DNA of 64,000 nt from the NCBI GenBank assembly GCA_030390025.1, contig CM059431.1, forward strand, positions 131,256,001 through 131,320,000, given 5' to 3'. The notes under the pieces were generated by a model that had not been told where the DNA came from, did not search any database, and saw only the letters and a list, made by a program, of their open reading frames with translations. The number at the start of each line of letters is the position of its first letter. Position 1 is the first letter of the stretch. Below are positions 48,195 through 60,180 of the stretch, piece after piece. A program made the translations under genes and the position numbers. Origin of the DNA: Squalus acanthias. Taxonomy: Eukaryota.

Positions 48195-50729
48195 GTAAGG
48201 ACACTTTAAACATTGGGGGACGGCAGCTCCACAATAGTGCGCCAACTTGCGCACTCGGAATGGTCCAGAAACTTGGCGCTGCCTTTTAAGGTGCACTACA
48301 AGTTGGAGCTATATTTTTACTTCATTTACTTTAGCTGAGATAAATTATTGTTGAATAGAATGAAAGAAAAGACACTAGCATTCACTAATTGAGTTTAGTT
48401 CTGAAGGTTTGAGCAACTGTAGTTAACTGGAAGGACTCGTTTAAATTTGAAGTACAAGGTAGAAAAGCGGGACCTTTTAGGGCAGTAGATGCATCACACA
48501 GTGCTTAAAGAATGACTTTTCCCGTTCAACAACTTTTTTCACTTTATTGGACCAGGGATGGAAATCATCCTTTAATGAGTTATTAGATGTCAAACACAAG
48601 ACCGATCATGTGGTATTCGAGTCTTCTTGCCAGTACTCGAGCACTACAACAGTAATCTATTGCTTCAAAAATATTTGCAGGCTTGCAGGTCAGTGTTTAA
48701 CTGGGACTAATTTTACTGAAAATGAACCCATCATATTGTTATATATATATAAAAACTGAACTGTGTGCTGTATTTTGTGTTGTGGGTGGGGAAGAGCATC
48801 TCTAGTGTGCATGTGAGGTTTGGGCCAATATGTGCATATAGGATCCAAAGAGTAAGTAAGGGTCTGCATGTACCAATGGTAATTAATTTTGAGAGTTTTA
48901 TGCAAAATTGCTTTTTATTTGTTTCCTTCATTATAAATTTTGAGTATTTCAGCAGAATGTGCCTGCAGCAAAGGTGAGTAGTGGGGTTATAACCAAGAAC
49001 AATAGATCTATAACATTGGAGGTACAGCATTAGAATTGCCCTGTCTGGTGATCTTGGTGGCTAGGCACATAAATACTACAGTGAGATTTAAATATGCAAA
49101 TGCACAAATGATTCACGGTGGGTTATATCTTAGTATTGTTACTGAGCAGTTCTAACTTACGTCCAACATACTTTGTGTATGAAGAGAGGAAATTATATTT
49201 GTACATATTGAGAATTAAATTTCCTCCAGTATTTAAACCTGATTACAGTTCAATGGTCTTTTAATAATATTATGAAATAGTAACTGAGATTGGCTTAAAT
49301 TAGAATGGATGCTGATACTGGTAGTCCAGGAATGGGAAGAGATATGGGTTACATTCACAAATGAGACTTGCTTTGGAAGTCAAATAATATAAATCAAAAC
49401 CTGAGAGTTTTACATTTTTAATCAATAACTATTACAACTGTATGTGTATAGTAAAAATGTTTGTAATAAAAATGTTTGTTTTCAGCTAAAATTATTTTAC
49501 AATAATCACTTAATATCACATATTAAAGTCCCCCATTTTCTCCCCACTATCTTCTGCAATAGAAGCATAACACTGAAGATTGTATACTGTTTTACTTCCC
49601 AATTTTATTCTTTGGTTTTGATCAGATTTTCACTGTAATATGCTTAGCATTGCCATTAGAACCCAGTAAACCGGTAACTCCATCGGATTTTTGTAGAAAA
49701 TCTCTGGTGGCTTTGACGTTAATGTTTCCAAATTTCCAGAGGTTCTTGATATTTCTAACTGTGCTTTCACCTTCCATTGGGTTTCATTCACTATCTATTC
49801 AGACTACTGAAATGTTGGCACTGAAATTGTTTATATATCATGTTGATAGCCTTCCAAATATGAGCTCAGAAAACAAATTATATCCAACTGTCATATGTGG
49901 AGTAATTATTATTTATAGCTGTACTGATCAATTTTTGGACAGTATTTCAGATAAACTAACCAGTGCTCATTGTATACACAGAGACAATTAGATGTGAGGC
50001 AGACAATCTGAATTTAGGAAATATGGGGAATTAGTTATAGGGGTAATGCCAATTGTTCCTAATTTTGCTATAGGCTCACCATTAACTGTATCTTTGCAAT
50101 AATCCTAGGCAAGCAAGATCAAGCATCTGTTTCAGGCTGTAATAGAATCCCTTTCTTGTCCGTTACAGGTAGCATTTAGTTATTCATGACTCCGTTCAAC
50201 AGACTTTATGGAGAACACACTTTGACCTTCATTCTGTATGATAAAAGTGGCAAATAAAATGTAAAGGAGGAGTATCACTGGAGTGTCATTAACCATCGTG
50301 GCTCCCTGTGCTATTCTAGGCTGTGTAATTATGACTGTGAAGTGGTGGTGTCCTGGTGGAAAATGGAGAACTGAGCATTTATCATGAGCTTCAATTATGA
50401 GCATTTAATTAATAGATCTACTGGGTCCTAGGAGCAATTTCTCTTTGATTTAGCAGCATGCTGTACTTCTTCATTTAAAGGCGGTATTCCTGTAATTGAG
50501 CCCTACCAATGCTTTGAAAGAAAGAGTGTGAAAATTGTGTAGTATACTGAATGTTTAAATACTGGTGGATCTCCTCTGGCATTGCTCATGTATATGTATG
50601 GATCAGATGTGTTACTGAATACTGTTAAATTATATTTCATGTAGCAACAAAAAATGAAATAACAATGCAATCTCAAGCCCAACCAGTTATAAACTGGAGA
50701 AGAAAATGGTTTCTTTTTTTATTTATTCA

Positions 50730-50822
50730 TTTTTTTTATGGGATGTGGGCGTCGCTGGCAAGGCCAGCATTTATTGCCCATCCCTAATTGCCCTTGAGAA
50801 GGAGGTGGTGAGCCGCCTTCTG
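50730..50822 (-). mobile_element. LINE/SINE 3' tail fragment (same family as 812-1123)
   Basis: ggatgtgggcgtcgctggcaaggccagcatttattgcccatccctaattgcccttgagaag is the reverse of 63355-63430. Confidence 0.8.
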
Positions 50823-52851
50823 AAGCAGGCATTATTTAGGACATTTAATACTTTAATAATATTCACCAACAGAAACTTTTAATTAAATGGAATATATATA
50901 ATTGAACTTTAATTTCGTTAGTAAATTGGCTTAACTTACCCCACTGTGGGGTGGGTTAATAGTTCCAAAAAAAACACTTAAGTCTTGGCACCAGTGGAGT
51001 AGCTGAATGACTATTTACTGACCAAATTATTGTTAAATTATATTATCTTAATGTATTTGGTGTTGGTGAAGACTGGTGTTTTTTTAATCTGCCTGACTAG
51101 ATCAGATGGGAGGCATGGCAAACCCTAGCAGTGGGGTCTAAGTGACCAACGTCTCAGAAACATGCACAGAGCTGGAAGATGGGCTGTTTTATAGCACTCA
51201 TCTTTTTAACAGGTTTCTCTGGCAGGTTATGATACTGAAGGTGAAATTGACCGGCAGCTGTCATGATTGATGTGTCTGTGTCCATTATTTTTGTGTAATG
51301 CGATTGGTAAGACAAGGAGCTGCAATAATGTTGCACAAAAATATTAATAATGTAATGAGCCAACTCTTGCTAGAACAGGGCATCTCGTGGCGTGCACCGC
51401 TAGTTAGACTTTTTCATGCACACTTCAGCTCATTTTTTGCGCCATACGTGCTGAATGTATGAGCTGTTAACGCCACAGCGAGGGCAACAGGGCATCTAGG
51501 ACCTTGGTGAAAGATGGAACCAACAGTCTATCACCTTTACCAATGAGATTTAAGGATTGAGAAAGAAACAGGAACGATGGAGAAAGAGGGTGAATTAGAG
51601 TCAAATCAGGTACAGAAAGAGAAATAAAGAGAAGGAAAGAAAGATTAGACTAAGAGAGTGAGAAAAAAAAGAGACAAAGTAAAAGCTAGAAAAAAATTAA
51701 CAATTTGCTACATGCAGGAATGAGACTCAACAGTTTGAATTGTTCCCTTTCTGGGTCAGAGAGATTGATTGGCATTGCATTAACAATCATCACCTCGTTA
51801 AAAGGGTACTTATGCTATTAATTATAAGCCCTAACTTTCTGCGGTGAATCTAATGGGCAATTAATGTGCAAATAGAGCAAGTTCTTAAAAATAACGGAGA
51901 CACTAATGGCGAGGTGCCGTTTGTGCTTGGCAAATGGAGGAGCAGCTTAATTCGACCAACAAGTTCTGGAGATTCGCAACTAGTGGTCATCACGTCACCT
52001 GATCATTTGTACCGCTTCTGAGATATGTCTGCCGAAACCCTCTGCTATCATTTACGTAGCCCTGCCCTCATGCAAATGACCAGCCCACGTGAGTTTCCTG
52101 CATTTATGCCAGTAAAGCGCTGGCACAGATTAGGCCCAAAGATTTAGGCGCAGCGCGGTTCGAGGTCAGTGATGTGTTTGATTTATAACAATCTGTTCTA
52201 TGGTCGCTAGACATTGTAAAAACAATGAGGAACAACAACAGCTACTTCTGGGGAAAAAAAGTTATCCATCTTCTTCCATGGGTGAAGTATGATGATATTT
52301 TTCTGGAAAACCTGAATACAATAAAATTACTGGAAGTAGAACAAAGCTCAAACTTATAGATAAAAACCGAACTTTAAACAACCAGTTTTCACGCATATGA
52401 ATTAATTAAGAGAGAGACCATTTGATGTATTAACTGATATTTTAATGTTTTTTAGTTGCAATATCCGTTTTTGTTTAAAAAAAATTGTTTTTGCGTCACG
52501 TTACCCTTTTAGCTGAAAAGACATTTGGAGAGATTTTCATTTGTTTTTTGACTTTTGGCCTAGAATTTCCTCGATCCCAATTACGCCGAGAAATTACCTC
52601 CAATAATTTTATTGTATTCAGGTTTTCTAGAAAAATATTGTACTTTAGTCATGGAAGAAGACTGATATCTTGTTTTAGAAGTAATTGTTGTTCCTCATTG
52701 TTTTTACAACGTCCTTTGACCATAGAACTGTATTATAAATCAAACACATGAGACATTGGTTTCACTTAAAGACAGTAACTATTCCCATCAGGTGTAATTT
52801 TAACATGTAGAAAATGGAATGTTGTGTAGAATGATAGTGAAATGATAAAGT

Positions 52852-53756
52852 GGGGGGAAAATTCAGTGTCGCCCCGTTTGGGGCGCAATTATCGGCCGGG
52901 CGCAAAGATTAGCGCCTGGCGCTAATTATCGTCTCCGACTGCAAACTTGACTTTTATCGGAGGTGATTGGAGCACCAAATCAGGCGCTACACATCTGTCT
53001 TAAGGCGCAAAGGCCGAGGAGCGAGGCGCTAACTCAGAGCGCTGGCGAAGCTCATGTGATGTCAGTCAGCAATGGAACACAGACACAATGGCCCCGGCCA
53101 GTTCTTAAAGGGGAGGGTTGATCTTGCTTACCATCCACATCCTGCTCATTGCAGCCTTGAATCTCGGCCTGGAGAGACCTGTACATCAAATCTGCTGGAA
53201 AGAACAATGGAGAGGACCAGGGAAAGAGCTCAGAGTGCAGCCCCCACAGTCTCTTCTAAATCGATACAAGGAAGGGCAAATCAAAATGAACCTGCAAAGT
53301 GCTGCTCAGTACCCAAAACTCCTTCACACAACGTTGAATCTCTCCAGAAGTCTCTCTCTCTATCTCTCTCTCTCTCTCTCTCTCTCAGAATGCGTGGTTC
53401 AAAAATGTCGCCAACAAAAAAAGGCAGGAAGCGGTTGCCTTTAAATAGCGCTCCCCCAGTCCCTTCCTGACTGCAAAATGCTCCCCTCAACCTGTCGTTG
53501 CTAGCGGCAGGCGGTAAGGCAGGGGGCGCCACTCAATATCCGCTCCGGGACGCTACTGGGGTGTTGCGCACTCGACTGACGTCACGATCTGCCGGCACAG
53601 GAGATCGTGGCGGTACTGTTTAGTGCCGCCGCAAAATGTCTCGTTAATTTCGTGAGCGGTGCAAACATCGCCGCGCCCGGGCGCTAGTTGCTTTGTGCCC
53701 CATTAGCGCCCTCTTAAGGCGCTAATGGGAGGCGCAACCAACTGAATTTCCCCCCC
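52852..53756. mobile_element. Harbinger-type MITE (family C), same orientation as 43168-44062
   Basis: ggggggaaaattcag / ctgaatttccccccc with TSD AGT/AGT. Confidence 0.92.
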
Positions 53757-55372
53757 AGTTTGTTTTAAAATGAACTATTGTTGATCGCTCATTTGAGGAT
53801 AATTGAATTTCAAAAATCAAATCATCTTGACAGTATGGTTTATGTTTGGGTTGGGATGGTTATAATCTACAGATACCAATAGTTAATTAGCAAATCTTTG
53901 TATCACCATTTAATTATTCATTCAACAATTCAAGCCAAACATAAATATTAGAAAATGCTTAATCAAAAAAAATTATTTTGCACAAAAGTGAGATGCCTGC
54001 TGCCTCCAGGTGAAATTTTCTGGTGGGGCTATTGCATTAAATGTTAAAATGTGTAGCGTTGCGACATATTTTATGCATGCAATAGGATTTTATATTTCAA
54101 CGTGATTGGATCAGGAATTCTGCATACTGCAGATTGATCAAAAGTTTAGGAATTCTGTGCTTACATTCAGATTTTAATTTGGATTAGCTATTTGTTTATC
54201 TGGAGTCCAATGTACATATTTTTCCAACAGCTCTTTTTCCTGATATATCAGTTGCACAAATTCAAATTCCGTCTATCAACATCTGCTTCTCCTGCTGAAT
54301 TCTATAGTGGATCTATGGCAAATATTGAAATAAAATAGAGTTTGCAAATGAAGAACTGAGAGCTTTTCACAAGGCAATCGCAGAGGGATTCTGTACAATT
54401 CTCAGTTTAAACCCAGTAGCAATCTTGTTTCTGCGTCTTTTAGGACAGGAAGATAGTTTACAATCTGAATTTGATTTGCCATACAGAACGGTGGTGGAGA
54501 CAAAACTACATAAATCAGGAAAAAGAAGTTATGAAAAATTGTAAAGGTTGCAGTATCTGTTCATGATTCTCCAGTCCAGTGTGAGGGTGAAAATTAAGCT
54601 ATTTATGCATTGTACTACAGTGTGTGTTAGGGGAGACATTGGCTGCTAGGCCAGAAGGAGGCTCTGTTGTGTAGCTGGCAACAGTGCTAATACTGCATCA
54701 TACTCTACGAGAGGTATTTAGAGCCAGAATAACAGACCTAGAGTGAATATGTTGAGCAAAACTCTGTCCACACGGACATAACCGTCTTGATATTTTTATG
54801 TTTATTTTGTTGTTCTATAACAGCAGCAATCAAATTATATATACACATGTGTGTGTAAAGACTACTCTCACTTTCGAGGGACAAACATATTTCAGTACAT
54901 GAAAGTGGCCAAAACACACACCAGAGCATTCTATTCTGACTGGATTGAAGAATTTCTTTGTGGAAACCCATTGATATGATATTCTGTCTTCTGGAAATAT
55001 TCAACTGATATTTTTGCCCTTTTTTTAGGACAGTTTTACAGCAAGAGTTACTCATAACCTTATTTTAAGTAATTCATTTAAAATTCAACCATTTATGCTA
55101 AACATTTTGAAGATTATTAATTTTTGGTAGTATTAACTACAAGAAAGAAAGAAAGGCTAAGTGGAAACTTTTTAAATGTATGGTAATAGTTTTCTTATGC
55201 CAGTCAAAATATTTTAATTTTGAATGCATGTTCATATCGAACAGAAAATAGGATACCCAGTTTAAAATTGCATTTAAGGCTCATGAAGATCCATTCAAAC
55301 AAGATTACCTTTTATAGTTTGTACTGGTATCAGATGGGATTTGGGTGTAGAGATTCTTGTAACCTAATAGAA

Positions 55373-56263
55373 TAGCAAAATACTGCGGATGCTGGAAATC
55401 TGAAATAACAACTCAAAATGCTGGAAACACTCAGCAAGTCAGGCAGCATCTGTGGAGAGAGAAACGAAAAATTCGGTTGGTTAGCACCTCCCGTTAGCGC
55501 CTCCGGGGGGCGCTAACGGGGCGCTAGGAACTTAGCGCTAACCACTACCGCCACGATCTCCTGCGCCCACAGATCGTGACGTCAGTTGAGCGTGTAACGC
55601 CCCGGACTGGATATTGAGTTGCGCCCCCTGCCTTAGCGCCTGCCGCTAGGAACGACAGGTAGAGGGGAACGTTTTCAAGTCGGGAAGGGGTTGGGGGAGC
55701 GCTATTTAAAGGCGGGCGCTTCCTGCCTTCTCTTGTTGGCAAAATTTTTGGTTTTAACGCTGTCCTGAGGAGTTTTGGCCCTCAGCACCACTTTTGAGGT
55801 TCCTAAGCGCCGAGCTCTTTCCCTGGGCCTATCCATTAGTGCTTCCAACACAATTGCTTTTGAGGTCTCTCCAGGCTGAGATTCAAGGCTGCAATGAGCA
55901 GGGTGTGGCTGGCCAGCAAGATGGCCCCTCCCCTTTAAGAACTGGATGGCGCCAGTGTGCCTGGCTTCTACGGTAACTGGCATCGCCTGAGCTTTGGTAG
56001 CGTTCTGAGGTAGCGCCTCGCTCCCCGACGTTAGCGCCCTAAGAGAGGTGTGTAGCGCCTGATTTAGCGCTCAAATCACCTCCAGGGGCGATAGAGGCGA
56101 ATTTTGCAGTTGGAGGCGATAATTAGCACCGGGCGCTAAACTTTGCGCCCGGCTGATATTAGCGCCCCTAAAATGGGCGATACCCAATTTTTCCCCCAGA
56201 GAGTTTCTCTCCACGGATGCTGCCTGATCTGCTGAGTGTTTCCAGCATTTTCTGTTGTTATTT
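55373..56263. mobile_element. Inverted Penelope pseudo-LTR pair (55373-55465 and about 56200-56263) split by a diverged, inverted family C MITE (55466-56197)
   Basis: atagcaaaatactgcggatgctggaaatc...gagagagaaac, then the MITE ending caatttttccccc, then ctctccacggatgctgcc...ttctgttgttatttc. Confidence 0.8.
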
Positions 56264-58387
56264 CTTGTAATTTAACTTCACAACCCTCTGGAAATCTGAT
56301 ACAAAACAAATTCAAATATCCTTATATGCATATTTGTATGTATCCTGATTGTTTTAAACCAAAATGGACCATAAATGGAAATTCTATGTGCACTCATTCA
56401 AAATTTCCCAGTGAAATGGCCCGATTTGTTTTGATCTGTGGAATACTTGAAAAAGATGAAAGGTGTAAAACCACAGCTCCTTCCACAAGCAACACGAGAA
56501 AATACATTTCTGTTGGCCAAAAAATGCAGCACATTAGTTGCACTGGTATAAAAGTTGCACATGAGATTGCTAATCCAGATGCATATGTTACAATGGGGAC
56601 TCTTAATTATTAAATAAAGGGGCATAAAAGTATAACTATTACATTGGATTTAATGGTAACTCACGGTAATAATACTGTTGCAACCAATAATGGAGGTCAC
56701 CTAGACTATACTCTATTGGTGAACTAAGGATAGCAGGCCAATTGACGGAGTCAGGCTGTGGTGTTGTCCCTCGCATGCCTTGTCTATCCTTGGGTTTTCC
56801 AGAGATAGTCAGTAGGTCAGACAGCCTCCGTCAAGAAAACACAAGACAGTTGACATTTCGGGTATAAAATCTTTTCTCAAAACTGAAAGATATTAAAAAT
56901 GAACAGCATTTAAGAAGAAACAGTGGGGGGTGGGGAAACACACAAAGACTATACACACAGGAAAAGACAGAATTACATGTAAAGTGCTAAGGTGGGGATC
57001 AAGAAAAAAGTAGGTTATTTCTTTTTCCCCACCACCAGACTTCTGGGTCACTGGAGCCTGCTCCAGTTTGCCAGTTTTTCATACTTTCCTTTCTACTTAC
57101 TGATTCCTCTCCAGCTCTTCTCACACTTTCAGTGACTCGCACATGTCTTTTATTTCTTTTATTTCTCTCATTATGCCTCCTTTTGTCTCCTGTGCATATT
57201 ACTTAATCCCTTTACCATTTCCCGATCCCCACAGTGCATATGATGAATAAGCAAACTTTATCCAAGTTCTGTTCCCTTTTCACGTTCTTACTTATTCCTA
57301 GTTTTCCTTTTTTATTCTTTTGCTTCTGCTTAGATTTTTTCTCTTTTTCCTGCTTTCCTATGTTGTGTTACCTGCCTCACCCTCTTTCCAGGTTTAAGGA
57401 GGCGTTATGTTTGTTGAGGGGGTTGGTAAATCTTTCTTTTGTGTTTGTTAAACACTACACCACCACATAGAGATGATATTCCAATTGTAACAAATTATTA
57501 ACATATAATTGTTTGGGTGTATATTGTCACAGTGAAGATAATGGCCTGTAATTTGTGGTCAGTGGCATTGCGACGGCAATCACCACTGACCTCTAAGAAA
57601 GCTGCCCACAGAGATCTCGTGATCTCTGTGGTGAAAACTTGTAGTGATGTGAATAGGGGGTTCCGAGCAAAGTGCAGCAGTGATGTCATCAAGCTGTCTA
57701 AGCAACCAATCACAATGAAGAATTCTGACAGACAACAAACCAGGAAATGAAAAGCACTGATTATCTGCACTTTTTAAAAATGTTGGAGAGCGAAATAAAG
57801 ATTGGGATATATGCATGGGGTTAAGGTAGAAGCTGAAATATCATGAACAAACTTTAAAAAAAAAATCTTTTTTTTTAATTGTAATTTTTATCATAATGGA
57901 GAAATTTGACATTCCACAAATATAAAAATTAGTTTTTCAGGGCCAGAATGGTTGTTTAGCAGTCAATACACTGTGAAAACCCTAGTTACACCTATTCCAA
58001 CAAGGCTTAACATTTAATGGGTTATTTAACAGCGATATTACCCCGGAAAAGCCCAAGTTTTCATCAGTTCCACTGATTTCACTGATCTCACTGATTGGCG
58101 GCAATGGGGGTGGGGGGTGGTGGTCCACAGCGCAGCCAGTGTCGGAGCAGTGAATGACTGACCGCAACTTCAGGATTTCCACGTTTAGATGCACATGCGC
58201 TACATCCTGAAGTTACTGTCTGTTTCAGAGGAGTATTGACGGCGAACACTGACAGTTTGCCGTCATTACCCACTGCAAAATCCGGGCCAATGTTTAGTCA
58301 TTCAGGCTGTTATCCTTCACCAGCAGTTAAGACCACTTTTTAATGATGTAATTTATCTTCTGGCCGTCACTACTATGTTGAGTTAAA

Positions 58388-58757
58388 GAAAGAAAGACAG
58401 ACTTGCATTTATATAGCGCCTTTCATGACCCCAGGAAGTCCCAAAGCGCTTTACAGCCAATGAAGTACTTTTGAAGTGTAGTCACTGTTATAATGTAGGA
58501 AATGCGGCTGCTAATTTGCGCACAGCAAGCTCCCACAAACTACAGTGCGATAATGACCAAATAATCTGTTTTTGTGATGTTGATTGAGGGATAAATATTA
58601 GCCAGGACGCCCAGAATAACTCCCCGGCTCCTCTTCAAAATAGTGCTGTGGGACCTGAGAGAGCAGACGGGGCCTTGGTTTAACGTCTCATCCGAAAGAC
58701 GGCACCTCCGACAGTGCAGCACTCCCTCAGCACTGCACTGGAGTGTCAGCCTAGATT
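58388..58757 (-). mobile_element. Deu-type SINE, 5'-truncated
   Basis: Reverse complement of 2382-2740 (gacttgcatttatatagcgcctttcatgacc; tttaacgtctcatccgaaagacggcacctccgacag). Confidence 0.85.
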
Positions 58758-59329
58758 TTCAAATTCCATTCTTTCAAGTTCAAGTTCCATTCTTTCCTTA
58801 CTGTTCCGACAAATTATTTATTCATCCCTTGTTTTAATCCTTTCACCCAAGATAATTACAGATGAGGAAGGCATCGTAGTTGATCCACCCAGAAATATCC
58901 TGATTTCCCCCCTCTTTTATAGCATCCCAATCGTTTATTAAATGCTCCCAGTGTTTTTGCCTTCACCACTATATTTGGGAAACCATTCCATGCATTGATC
59001 ACTCTTTGTGAGAAGAAGAACTTCCTGGTATCAGTCCTAAGTTTGCCTTTTACTAGTTTGAACCTTGTCTCCTTGTCCTATGCTTGCAATTTAGTTTAAA
59101 ACAATTTTTGGATTTACCTTTTTCCATACCATTTACTATCTTACCCCTAAGATTGTTTCTCAGTCATCTCCTTTCAAAGCTGAAGAGCCCAAGTTCTCTA
59201 GTTTTTGCCCATGGCTCTGACATGTGACACTAAGGATCAACCTTGTGACTTTTCTCTTCTATCTCGGTGATCAAAACTGGACACAGTACTCAAGCTCAGG
59301 TCTAACCAGAGCATTGTATGGTTTGATCA

Positions 59330-60180
59330 CAACAACAACAACTTGCATTTATATAGCGCATTTAACGTAGTAAAATGTCCCAAGGTGTTTCACAGGAGCA
59401 TTATCAAACAAAATTTGACACCGAGTCACATAAGGAGATATTAAAGCAAACTTGGTCAAAGCAGTAAGTTTTAAGGAGTGTCTTAAAGGAGGAAAGAGAG
59501 GCGGAGAGGTTTAGGTAGAGAATTTGAAAGCTTGCGGCATCGGCAGCTGAAGGCATGGCTGCCAATGGTAGAACGATTAAAATCGGGGATGCGCAAGAGG
59601 CCAGAATTGGAGGAGCACAGATATCTTGGAGGGTTGTAGGGCTGGTGGAGGTTACAGAGATAGGGAGGGGCGAGGCCATGGAGGAATTTGAAAACAAGGA
59701 TGAAAATTTTAAAACCTCAGGAACCAATGTAGGTCAGCGAGCACAGGGATGATGGGTGAATGGAACTTGATGCGAGTTAGGATACGGGCAGTAGAGTTTT
59801 GGATGAGCTTAAGTTTATGGAGGGTAGAAGATGGGAGGCCGGCCAGGAGTGTGTTGGAATAGTCAAGTCTGGAGGTAACAAAGGCATAGATGAGGGTTTC
59901 GGCATAGATGAGGGTTTCAGCAGCCGATGAGCTGAGGCAGGGGTGGAGTTGGGCGATGTTACGGAGGTGGAAATAGGCGGTCTTAGTGATGGAGCGGATA
60001 TGTGGTTGCACGCTCATCTCGGGGTCAAGTAAGATACCAAGGTTGCGAACAGTCTGGTTCAGTCTCAGACAGTTGCCAGGGAGAGGGATGGAGTCGGTGG
60101 CTACAGAACGGAGTTTGTGGCGGGGACTGAAGACAATGGCTTTGGTCTTCCCAATATTTAGTTGGAAGAAATTTCTGCTT
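59330..60180 (-). mobile_element. L2 LINE 3' fragment inserted in a decayed CR1 (about 58900-59330 and 60180-60530)
   Basis: NFFQLNIGKTKAIVF, VRNLGILLDPEMS and FVTSRLDYSN, with a (TTG)n tail. Confidence 0.85.

Noticed and set aside
47954..48289. 111-aa ORF as a complete gene
   Set aside because: The true start is the ATG at 48035, and homology ends at the splice donor at 48195.
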